Part shown: one piece after another, positions 26,119-37,840 of the stretch | Numbering within the stretch: position 1 is the first letter of the stretch | Layout of the letters: each line of letters starts with the position of its first letter | Position numbers and translations under genes: made by a program | Assembly (NCBI GenBank): GCA_043228905.1 | Contig: JBHGNT010000013.1 | Span: 3,658,001 to 3,722,000, forward strand | DNA length: 64,000 nucleotides | Direction of reading: 5' to 3' | Origin: Azolla caroliniana | Lineage: Eukaryota; Plantae; Polypodiophyta | The notes under the pieces: model-generated | What the model saw: only the letters and a program-made list of their open reading frames with translations | The model's database searches: none | What the model was told of the DNA's origin: nothing

Positions 26119-27277
26119 GTTGGAAATCAAGCTCGTACTTGGAAGGACTTGAACACATGGCATATGTGTTCATAATTATCTAGCTCAACCAACACGTTAA
26201 TGTTCACAAGTGAAAGGATTGCACATTCCACTTGTAGAATCTTCTTGAAACTATCCAAATACACCCTCTCTACAAAAATTGGATGCACTAGTATCACATG
26301 TTCCACAACTTGATTAGAATTTGCAAATATAAAAATACATGATAGATCTACGAGTGGAGATCATTAGAAATCATGCAAGTTTGGACATGTTGATAAGTTA
26401 ATGTAGGCATAATAAAGTTCAACAATGGCTCAATATGTCACTAATGTGCGACACGGGAAACACTAAGTTAAAGACTTATATTAATTTGGTAAGTTTTACA
26501 AAAATATGAGGTGTACTTGTATCCATACTAATAAAATGAGTTATAATTTATACTTTGACCCATACGTGCATGTATATAATTGTGGACAATGTAGGATAGT
26601 GCACTTTAGGATAATGAGATTGGAATAACTAACTTATTAAAGTATATCAATACTTGTATTTAAAGTTGATCTAATCTATTCCTCGGTTTGTTCGTATGGG
26701 ATCAAACCATATGTATATAATTGTGGACAATGTAAGACAGTGAACTTTAGGATAATGTGGTGGAAATAACAAACCTATTAAGGCTTTCATACTTGTATTA
26801 AAAATTGATCTACTCTATTGCTTAGGTGATTCACACAAGATCCAACTCCGAACGATAACACTAGTGGAACTACAAGCGTATAAAAACATGTGGATAATGC
26901 TAGTGGAACCATTATCAACACACTACACAATCTAAGCGGCAATGGAATAGAAACATAATAGTTTTAACGATAGAAGACAAAGATCCATAATAACAACATT
27001 GACAGTCATGGCAACAATTCTACAACCATGTTATGTTAAGGTAAACTTGGACCAAAATTAGCCTCAATTTAAACTAATTCATGTTTCTCCATAAATTTGG
27101 TGGTCAGCTATGCACGAGGTGAAACCAATGTCATAAGTCTACTAACCAAGTATATAAAAATAAAATTGAAAGATATAGAAGATTATAAAGAATAGAATCC
27201 ACGAAGTAAAACCCAAAATTTGTATTATAATGTGAAATCCAAACATATTGTCAATGTCATTTTCTTCATAGACTCTA

Positions 27278-30200
27278 TTACATAGCAATCAATTCATCAA
27301 TGTCATTTTCTTCATCATCCTGTGTAGAAGTCTCTTCGACTATACGTGCATTGGCTTTCCCTGTTAGCTGAGCCAACAAAATATTTTCTATAAGCTCATC
27401 ATCAAGCTCTATTAGCTCCCCCGGTTCCCCGGCTAATGGAGGAATAAGCTCTCGCGAAGCAGGTTGAAACCTTTCTCTATCAACGAGGTTCTTTGCACTG
27501 ACCTCCTCGTCCTAGTCTGGGCACTCCCACAAATCCTCAATCCTCATGTTTATAAATATAACCTGTTCCTCGTCCTTCTCCAATGCAACTGTGTTTCTAA
27601 AGAGCTTCAATGCACATGCAGACGTCGTTCCTATGAAGAAAGTAACACGAAGAATTAGTTCTCAAACAAAAAGATTCGGTATTGGTTATCTCAAGATCGT
27701 TACCCTAGTTCGAGGAATACCTGTGCCAGAAATGATATCTAATATCCAGTCTCCTTCGATAGAAAACATCTTGATCAAGCGCATCATAAGTCGTTGAGGT
27801 TTTTGGTATGGGTTGACAAGTCCCTGTTCTATCATGGTGACATGTCGCAATTTCCGTGTCACTGCTGGATATACCAACAGATTTGAACCTCCCACTTCAT
27901 TATAATGGTCCTTGATTCTTTGTTTCTTAATTTCATCGAAGTAGCCAACCGTGATGTATTCAATGCCATTAACGAACCGAAAGGTTGGCCCTCTATTTAC
28001 ATTGGTTTTTATCCTATAAAAAATAATACATCGAGTTAAGAATAGATTGAACAATCTTAAGAAATGCAATATAGTGAATGACACCTATAAATAATCCTTA
28101 CCATGCAAGGTTCTCGATGCCATGGCAACGAGATCTCAAAGCTTGAGCTACCAAGTACCCTTGGTCGATACTATGAAAGACAACTATTCTCCAGAAGGAT
28201 GTAGTCGTTAGCTCAGCAAAATCCTTGACCATCTTCTCCAACTGTTTAAACCTAAACGGTTCATCGTCGTATGATGACCCAGCCATTCGAAATCCGTAAG
28301 GAATATCTGCAATCATTAGCGTACATTCCTTCTTTGGCACTTTTTGGATCATGTCAACGACATCACCACAAACCACATTGTAGTAAAGATCTCTCGTAAT
28401 ATCTTTTTTGTGGCTAAATTTCTTAAAGGAGCCATCTTCTTCCATTTCGTACACCTTGACTAAGCGACGATCCTTTTCTTTTCTGGCTCTCTCAAGATGT
28501 GCAAGGAAGGATGTCGGGAAATCGTGTATATCCTTAACTTCTCCTTGTTTCTTGCCACGACATGGTTTCTAATAGACTCAATAGGACATCAAGTTTTATT
28601 ATACAAGCTCTACATATGATGAAAGCGTAATGAAAAACCACCAATACTAACCCAATCCTTGAATGCAAGTGTAGAATACTTTGATAACGCCTTATATGAA
28701 GACGTTATACTTGTTCCCAAGTTATACATCCAAGTTGTTTCATCATAACTTCTTGGATCTTCATGTACACCTTATGACTGTGAAATTAGAAAAGAAGATT
28801 AGAACTTTGAATTGCGCCATATAGACTTCAATATCAGTATTTGAAAGACTTACTTATTGAACTCAGTGACCATTTCTTCAAGGCTTAAATCTTTGGCCAC
28901 AACCATTGACAAAACAGACACAAGAAGCTGCTCGTCCTTAATACCTTGCATCGCTCTCCACAGAGACAGCTTCATGTCGTTAGCCGCTTCTTCAATTGTC
29001 AAGTCAATTTTCTTGGCCGCTTGTGACTTTAATTCTAGTTGAGGGTCAACCTTACATTTCTTTTGTCGTTGACCCTTGACCTCCTTATTCTCCCACATTG
29101 AGAAGTTTTGATCCTGTAGGTCCCATACTTCTCCATCTCTAAAGGCCAGTTGAAACCAAGACTCATATTTTCGAAGACCATCGGACATAACAATATCATC
29201 TACCACAATGCCGACTTCATGCAAGCATTGACGGCGTAGGCCTGGATGTAGCTTCACACCAAACTTTTGTTTCATGTCCAAGTACTCATGGTGGAAGAAC
29301 CTTATACACTCAATCGACGACATTATCCGCCTATAGTCATTATCATTATTATGGTCCCATGCCAACAACTTTGTCTCTTCAGTTATGAGACCCACGTAAA
29401 TTTTGCACTCAGCATACTTGAAGAAGAAAGTCGTTGGATGTTCTCTCACAAGTTGCCAACATGCCTCCGCTGAATGCGATCCACCAATGACAAAGTAATT
29501 ATATTGATCATGCTTTCTAATATCAAAATCTTCAATGTTTTCACATTCTTCAGGATTCACCATAACAATAAAAGGCACCACAGTGGCATGAGGATTAATT
29601 TTCATTTTTTTCTTCAGATTTTGAACATGCATGCGGTTTTCATCAATAGGGGGCCGATGGATGTGTGTTATAGGAAAATTAAACACTTGCCCTTTCTTGA
29701 CCAGTTTATGCTACATTAACTCTCTCCGTATCTTATTCTGCTCGGATGACAACACACCCGATGCCAGCTCAGCTCTTGGCGTCCCCTTAGTGTCCTCATC
29801 TTTGTTTTCACTTGATGAGTCAGCATCCGACATTTTGGTGGTCTTGATTGTTCTTCAGATGCCCTTTTTGTGGCCTTCACTAGGGAGGGCAATGGCTCCC
29901 TTAGAGTTTCATGGCCTTGTATATAAGGCCTCAAGGTAACAATAAGGTTTTGTCAGCTTTAAAGATCTTTTCTAAAAGCTTCTGGCCCACAAGATTCCTT
30001 GACTAGAAGATCTTAAAAAAGGAACACTTTACGTACCCCTTAGAGCACTCTATCATTAGAAGTATGTTGGCCGAATCTGCATCTTCGTAGTCAAATCGTA
30101 GAATAGGGCCATACATAAATGGGGGTTTCATTTTCAAGCTGCCCCTCGCCCTTCTTCTTTGTTGTATACAATACAACTTTTTTCTTGGAGTCGATGTATT

Positions 30201-31381
30201 GCATACACTATTCCTTGTCCGTTAGATCACGATCAGGAAGGTCTTCACCTCCAGTAGCTGCTACTAGTTTCTTTTGGCTAACCTCAATGTGTGATTGAGA
30301 TTTTGTCTCCTCGTTGAAGAGAAGCTTTTTTCCTCTCTTCATGGTCTCGGGAGCTATTAGGGGGTCTGTGTTTCAATTGGAGAACCCTATATACGAAGCT
30401 TTATCTTCTTCACAGGTCGGTCTGACAAGTTCTCAAACGACCTATTTAAGAAAGGACATGCGAAAACATAAGTTAGGTGGTCACGTAGATTAAGATTGTA
30501 TATTAAAATACAAATAATTAGATGAAGTAATAAACTAGCAGGCGATTTGCGGTAAACTATAAATATCAATCATGCATTGAGTGTACATGGTAGTCCTATA
30601 TTCAGAAATCTATTCTAGTAAGGGCTATTCAACTTAGAAAATATATATCTTAATAAGTTTACAAGGATATATATTGTCTTGAAGGGCAGGTATGGCTTAT
30701 ATTGATTCCATATCCATATTGTAGAGAATTTGCATATGATAGACTTGATTTTGGTATCGCAAAGGTAATTTGTCGGTTATTTTCTACTATTTTAAGCTAT
30801 ACTAGGTTAAAAAACCTCTATAATTAAGGCCCCTATTTTTTACAAAATAAGGCAAATCACCCTAAAAAAAAACTGATTTTGGCAAAAAGTTTGATATCGT
30901 TTCACACAATACTAAGTTGGTGCTCCAAAGACACAATATTCCTCTTTCAAGTTCTTTTTTTATACAGGAACTCGATACGCCGTATCGTGTTCTTGTATAT
31001 AGTTTGTGTCTATACATGAAATCGATGCAGGGTATCGAGTTCGTGTATCAAACACATACTTTACACAGGAACTTGATACGGTGTATCGAGTTCCTATATA
31101 AAAAAGGAACTTTACATGGAAACTCGATACGCCGTATTGAGTTCATGTATAAAACACAAACATAATCTAGGAGCTCGATACGCCGTATCGAGTTCCTGTA
31201 TAATGTTTGTGTTTTAAACAGGAACTCGATACGCCGTATCAAGTTCCTGTACAATGTTTGTGTTTTAAATAGGAACTCGATACGGCGTATCGAGTTCCTG
31301 ATGCTAAAACATATTTACAAAAATGTCCACAGTGTCAGAGGCTTACCTAGAGTCCTGGCGCTCGATTTTCTTGGAAGACAT
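27278..31381 (-). pseudogene. ParB/Srx-like domain plus beta-class N6A/N4C DNA methyltransferase, spliced, copy A
   Basis: ATG at 31381 (MSSKKIERQDS), donor AG/GTAAGC at 31347, acceptor at 30441; YFVIGGSHSAEA; VVCGDVVDMI..MIADIPYG (DIPY 28296-28307); NPYQKP; WILDIISGT/GTTSACALKLFRNTVALEKDEEQV..RI; several frameshifts and stops. Confidence 0.85.
30964..31300. repeat. Array of 7 palindromes AGGAACTCGATACG-N-CGTATCGAGTTCCT, about 51-bp period, in intron 1 of copy A
   Basis: Units at about 30965, 31015, 31066, 31117, 31169, 31219 and 31270. Confidence 0.93.
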
Positions 31382-31689
31382 GGTTGATATTTGTCGATTT
31401 TTAGGCGGAGATCTCGCTATCGTGCTTCGTGCTTTGTTTGCTTTGTTTGCTCTGTGTGCTCTTGTGTTTCGTGTGAGTGAAATATGACGAGGTCTTCCTA
31501 TTTATAGGGATTGACCACAGTGGTTAAAGTAACCACAATTAGCTTAACCAGGGTTGGCAAGCGTGAGGTTAGTTAGTAACCACAGTCACATTAACCAGAG
31601 TAACTTATGATTGCATTAATGATTACAAAGTCAAACTAACATATTGATGAATATTTTATAGTCAAAATAACTTACAATGACTTTGAAGG

Positions 31690-32783
31690 TCACGATGCTC
31701 TTGTAGTAACTTCTTACTCATATCCTTTTCCATTGATGTCTTTGCACCTTTAGCCAGACTTTTAAGATTTGCACAAATAGACCAATACCCCATGCGTACT
31801 TTACATGGAATGATAACATTTGAAAACCGAGCTCTCCATAATCTTGTGAATTGGCTATATGTGACAAACTTATTATATGAGCCCACCATATCATATCGAT
31901 AGACATCATAAACTTCCCGAGGTGTATAATTATCAGAAAGGTGCATCCTACCTGTAGTGGGCATTACTTCACAATTTAACTGAAAGTAACTTTTCATCCA
32001 ACCAATTGCATGTCTTCCAATTGCACCTTTCATACTTGGAACCTCTTTACGATTGAGCATCTGATCCCCGCTAAGTAGACGTTGTTGTACTCTATGTAGC
32101 CGCATGTTACTAACACATAACACAATTTTGAATGAAACTCTACATATCTGTTGCACATGGAAGATATAATACTCGAATGATACTTTGATCCCCATACATT
32201 TGTCAGATACTAGTTGCATATGTGACCCGAGGTAAGTGTCTTGCTCATCACCAGTCATCGAAAAATAGTATCGCCTTAATTCTCGCAACTTTGATTTTCC
32301 AATCATAGACATACAACCATGAGCACAACATATTGTTTTGACATCAAATCCAATCTATTTATCTGATGTCACCAAGTTAAATCTAGCCAGACAAATTCTT
32401 TGTGGGATTCTTCTAATATGCATAGGGCTTCCAGATTTCTCTTCCCGCATAGAGGTTGGTGTAACCTTGTTACAATCAAATTATTTGTTATGACCATCGC
32501 CAATGTTATTCGATGTTTCATTGGCACTACCTTCATTCTACGTATCTTTATTAATATCGTATTCTTCAATAGAGAACTCTTCACATGTGTCATTATTTAC
32601 ATTCCCTATAGGTGAAGATGAGCTCAGACAATATTCTTCGATAGAATATGGTGAGTCTATCGACAGACAATATTCTTCAATAGAATATGGTGAGTCTGTC
32701 GACAAACAATACTCTTCGGTAGAAAACGATGAGTCTGATGATAAACAATATGCTTCAATTGAGAACGGTGAATCTTCACTCAT
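31690..32783 (-). pseudogene. Sola1/DUF7869-like transposase, N-terminal half (copy B), truncated at the inverted-repeat junction
   Basis: 13-aa N-terminal repeats, CC..GC, ICRV.FKIVLCVSNMRL, EVMPT..HL, F.RLWRARFSNVIIP.KVRMG..SIC; matches 60120-61214. Confidence 0.7.
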
Positions 32784-33059
32784 GGCTTAAGGTCTAGATA
32801 GGGCTCTTTAAGCTATGTGCTTAGGCTAAGGCCAAAAACTAATAAGCTCCTCTCTAAACATGAACTCCTCTCTAAACAAAAGCTCCATCAATATAATGTC
32901 TATATTATTTAATATTATATTAATACAATACATAAAAAAAAATATTTTTAATATAGTAATTGTATTTAAAATATCAATAATTACTTAAACTAGGTTTATA
33001 TGAAGTTAAATCAAATATAATATAATTACATTGTTACCAAGCCATAAATATGTTGGATT

Positions 33060-33480
33060 AAAGTTAAAATCATTGGCTAATTAATGGCACCCATATTTGA
33101 TATAGAACTTCTCAGTCATTGGTTCATTAATGCCCACCATTTTAAATATTAGACTTATCAATCTTTGGTTCATTCATGCCCACATCTTTAATACACAGCA
33201 ATTAGGAGTCATAAAAATGTTGTTTTCAGTAGTCAATCATTTGTTCATTCATGAACCTCTATCATTGTGTCCTTCATGACCTTCAAAGTCATTGGAAGTT
33301 ATTATGACTATAAAAGATTCATCAATATGTTAGTTTGACTTTATAATGATTAATGCAATCATAAGTTACTTTGGTTAATGTGACTGTGGTTACTAACTAA
33401 CTAACCGCAAGCTTACCAACCCTGGTTAAGGTGACTGTGGTTACTTTAACCACTGTGGTCAATCCCTATAAATAGGAAGA
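33060..33480 (+). promoter_or_regulatory. Divergent promoter region with TATA box (TATAAATA 33467-33474) and repeated motifs
   Basis: TATA about 115 nt upstream of ATG 33584, conserved in all three copies (about 31500 minus, about 61934 plus); direct repeats TGGTTAAKGTGACTGTGGTTACT at 33372 and 33423; several TTGGTTCATTMATG repeats. Confidence 0.6.
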
Positions 33481-33583
33481 CCTCGTCATATTTCACTCAC
33501 AAGAGCACACAAGAGCATACAAGAGCAAACAGAGCACGAAGCACGAAAGCGCGATCTCCGCCTCCACTTCGACAGGATCAACC

Positions 33584-36500
33584 ATGTCTTCAACGAGAAT
33601 CGAGCGCCAGGACTCCAAGTAGGCCTTTGACCTTGTGGACTTTTTTGTAAATATGTTTCGTCACTCAAGAACTCGATACGTCATATCGAGTTCTTATATA
33701 AAATACAAACTTTATACAGCAACTCGATACGGCATATCGAGTTTCTGTTTGAAGTTTAGGTTTTTATATAGGAACTCGATACGATGTATCGAGTTCTTGT
33801 TTAAGGTTTAGGTATTTAACAGGAACTCGATACGCCGTATCGAGTTCCTCTTTTTTCTTTGCTTTTTAAACAGGAACTCGATACGGCGTATCGAGTTCCT
33901 CTGTTTTCTTTGCTTTTTAAATAGGAACTCGATACGCCGTATCGAGTTCCTCTGTTTTCTTTGCTTTTTAAATAGGAACTCGATACGGCGTATCGAGTTC
34001 CAGTGTTATGTAACTCTTTTTTATACAGGAACTCGATACACCGTAACAAGTTCCTGTGTAAATTATGTGTTTGATACACGAACTCGATACCCTCCATCGA
34101 TTTCATGTACAGAATCAAACTGTATACATGAACAGAATACGACGCATTGAGTTCCTGTATAAAAGAAGACCCTAAAGGAGGAATATTGTGTTTTTGGGGC
34201 AACAATTTAGTATTGTGAGAGAAGATATCAAACTGTCTATCAAAATCAGTCTTTTTTATGTCGAATTGCCTTACTTTTTAAAAAAAAGGGGTCTTAATTA
34301 TAGGGGTTTTATGACCTACTATAGCTTAAAATAGTAGAAAATAACCCACAAATTACCTTCACGATACCAATCTCAAGTCTATCATATGAAAATTATCTAC
34401 AATATGGTTATGGAATTAATATAAGGCATACCTGCCCTTCAACACAATATATAACCTTGTATAGTTATTACGATATATATTTGCTAAGTTGAATAACCCT
34501 TGTTAGAATAGATTTCTGAATATAGGACTACCATGTACACTCAATGCATGATTGATATTTATAGTTTACCACAAATCGCCTGCTAGTTTATTTCTTTATC
34601 TACTTATTTGTATTTTAATATACAACCTTAATCTACGTGACCACCTAACTTATGTTTTCACATGTCCTTTCTTAAATAGGTCGTTTGAGAACTTTTCGGA
34701 CCGACCTATGAAGAAGATAAAGCTCTGCATACAGGGTTCTCCAATTGAAACACAGACCCTAGTAGCTCCCGAGTCCATGAAGAGAGGAAAAAAGCTTCTT
34801 TTCAACAAGGAGTCAAAATCTCAACCACACATTGAGGTTAGCCGAAAGAAACTTGTAGCAGCTAGTCGAGGTGAAGACCTTCCTGACCATGATCTAACAG
34901 ACAAGGAATGGTGTATGCAATACGTCGACTCAAAGAAAAAAGTCGTATTGTATACAACAAAGAAGAAGGAGGAGGGGCAGCTTGGAAAGGCAACCCCATT
35001 TATGTATGGCTGAATTCTACAATTTGACTACGAAGATGCAGATTCGGCCAACATACTTGTAATGATAGAGTGCTCCAAGGGGGTACGTAAAGTGTTCCTT
35101 TCAGAAGAACTTCTAGTAAAGGAATCTTGTGGGCTAGAAGCGTTCAAAAAAGATCTTGAAAGCTGACAAAACCTTATTGTTACCTTGAGGCCTTATATAC
35201 AAGGCCATGTAACTCTAAGGGAGAAAGTGCCCTCCCTAGTGAAGGCCACAAAAAGGGTATCTAAAGTACAATCAAGACCACCAAAGAAGAATACAACTAA
35301 AATGTCGGACTACGATTCATCAAGTGAAAACGAAGAGGAGGACACTAAGGGGACGCTAGGAGCTGAGCTGGCATCGGGTGTGTTGTCATCCGAGCAGAAT
35401 AAGATAAGGAGAGAGTTAATGCAGCGTAAACTGGTCAAGAAAGGACAAGTGTTTAATTTGCCTATAACACACATCCATCGGCCCCCTTTGATGAAAAAAA
35501 AAGACGAAGACCACTTGAGATTAGAGAGCCACACTGCATGCATGTTCAAAATCTCAAGAAAAAAATATAAATTAATCCTCATGCCACTATGGTGCCTTTT
35601 ATTGTTATGGTAGATCCTGAAGAATGTGAAACCATTGAAGATTTTGATATTAGAAAGCACGATCAATATAATAACTTTGTCATTGGTGGATCGCATTCAG
35701 CGGAGGCACATCGGCAACTTGTTAGAGAACATCCAACGACTTTCTTCTTCAAGTATGCCGAGTGCAAAATTTACGTGGGGCTCACAACTGAAGAGGCAAA
35801 GTTGTTGGCATGGGACCATAATAATGATAATGACTATAGGCAGATAATGTCATCGATTGAGCATATAAGGTTCTTCCACCACGAGTATTTGGATGTGAAA
35901 CAAAAGTTTGGTGTGAAGCTACATCCAGGTCTACAATGTCAATGTCTGCATGAAGTCGGTATTGTGGTAGATGATAATGTTAAGTCCGATGGTCTTCGAA
36001 AATATGAGTCTTGGTTTCAATTGGCCTTTAGAGATGGAGAAGTAAGGGACCTACATGATCAAATCTTCTCAATGTGGGAGAATAAGGAGGTCAAGGGTCA
36101 ACGACAAAAGAAATGTAAGGTTGACCCTCAATTAGAGTTAAAGTCACAAGCGGCCAAGAAAATTGATTTGACAATTGAAGAAGCGGTTGACGACATGAAA
36201 TTATCTCTATGGAGAGCGATGCAAGGTATTAAGGACGAGCAGCTTCTTGTGTCTGTTTTGTCAAGGGTTGTGGCGAACCATTTAAGCCTTAAGAAATGGT
36301 CACTAAGTTCAATAAGTAATTCTTTAAAATATTGATATTGAAGTCTATATGCTGTAATTCAAAGTTCTAATCTTGATTTCTAATTTTACAGTCATAAGGT
36401 GTACATGAAGATCCAAGAAGTTATGATAAAACAACTTGGATGTATAACTTGGGAACAAGTGACCAAGGATTATCCTCTAACGTCTTCATATAAGGCGTTA

Positions 36501-37840
36501 TTGGAGTATTTTATTGCATTCAAGGATTGGGTTAGTATTGGTGGTTTTTCATTACGCTTTCATCATATGTAGATGTTGTATAATAATACTTGATGTACTA
36601 TGGCTTCCATTAGAAACCGTGCCGTGGCAAGAAACAAGGAGAAGTTAAAGATATACACGATTTCCCTACATCCTTGCTTGCACATCTCGAGCGAGCCAGA
36701 AAAGAAAAGGATCGTCGCTTAGTCAAGGCGTACGAAATGGAGGAAGATGGTTCCTTTAAAAAATTTAACCACAAAAAAGATATTACGAGAGATCTTTACT
36801 ACAATGTGTTTTGCGGCGATGTCGTCGACTTGATCCAAAAAGTGCCAAAGAAGGAATATACGCTAATGATTGTGGATATTCCTTACGGATTTCGAATGGC
36901 TGGGTCATCATACGACGATGAACCGTTTCGGTTTAAACAGTTGGAGAAGATGGTCAAGCATTTCGCTGAGCTAACAACTGCATCCTTGTGGCGAATAGTT
37001 GTCTTTCATAGGATGGACCAAGGGTACTCGGTAGCTCAAGCTTTGAGATCTCGTTGCCATGGCATCGAGAACCTTGCATGGTAAGGATTATTTATAGGTG
37101 TCATTCACTATATTGCATTTCTTAAGGTTGTTCAATCTATTCTTAACTCGATGTATTATTTTTTATAGGATAAAAACCAATGTAAATAGAGGGCCAACTT
37201 TTCGGTTCGTTAATGCCATTGAATACGTCACGGTTGGCTACTTCGATGAAATTAAGAAACAAAGAATCAAGGAGCATTCTAATGAAGTGGGAGGTTCAAA
37301 TCTGTTTGTATATCCAACAGTGACACGGAAATTGCGACATGTCACCATGACAGAACGAGGACTTGTCAACCCATATCAAAAACCTCAGCGACTTATGATG
37401 CGCTTGATCGAGATTTTTTCTATCGAAGGAGACTGGAGATTAGATCTCTTTTCTAGCACAAGTATTCCTCGAACTAGGGTAACGATCTTGAGATAACCAA
37501 TACTGAATCTTTTTTGTTTGACAACTAATTCTTCTTGTTACTTTCTTCACAGGAACGACGTCTGCATGTGCATTGAAGCTCTTGAGAAATACAGTGCCCA
37601 GACCAGGATGAGGAGGTCGGTGCAAAGAACCTCACTAATACAGAAAGGTTTCAACCTACTTCGCGAGAGCTTATATTTCCTTTAGCTGGCGAACCGGGGG
37701 AGCTAATAAAGCTTGATGATGAGCTTATAGAAGATATTTCGTTGGCTCAGCTAACAGGGGAAGCCAATGCACGTATAGCCGAAGAGAGTTCTACACAAGA
37801 TGATGAAGAAAATGACATTGATGAATTGATTGCTATGTAA
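33584..37840 (+). pseudogene. ParB/Srx-like domain plus beta-class N6A/N4C DNA methyltransferase, six exons, copy B
   Basis: Exons 33584-33618, 34680-36315, 36392-36530, 36614-37080, 37169-37461 and 37553-37840, all GT-AG and phase-compatible; GGSHS 35685-35699; DIPY 36875-36886; W/IKTN, EYVTVGY, NPYQKP, DLFS.T/.TTSACA; premature stops and frameshifts. Confidence 0.88.
33668..34157. repeat. Array of 10 palindromes (29 bp), about 51-bp period, in intron 1 of copy B
   Basis: Near-perfect units at 33821, 33872, 33923 and 33974; degenerate units at both edges. Confidence 0.93.

Larger units (their letters stand above)
26395..31692 (-). mobile_element. Copy A of the ParB-methyltransferase module (left arm of a large inverted repeat)
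   Basis: Reverse complement aligns by eye with 33278-38723 along its full length, with many substitutions; true termini not identified. Confidence 0.85.

Noticed and set aside
26118-26395. Possible true terminus (TIR/TSD) of the ParB-MTase element
   Set aside because: No matching inverted terminus or target-site duplication could be found in the window; both B and A appear truncated by other sequences.
33668-34157. CRISPR array interpretation of the palindromic repeat-spacer arrays (also 30964-31300 and 62115-62603)
   Set aside because: Spacers are about 22-nt A/T tracts that repeat one another rather than unique sequences, there are no cas genes, and the arrays lie in a spliceosomal intron.
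33816-34205. ORFs 33816-34205, 31048-31254, 30917-31165 and 62314-62652 with GTRYAVSSS repeats
   Set aside because: They are translations of the 51-bp palindrome array, not real genes.
27278-37840. Bacterial or phage contamination as the source of the ParB-MTase
   Set aside because: The gene has five GT-AG introns conserved between copies, a TATA promoter, and is interleaved with plant retroelements.
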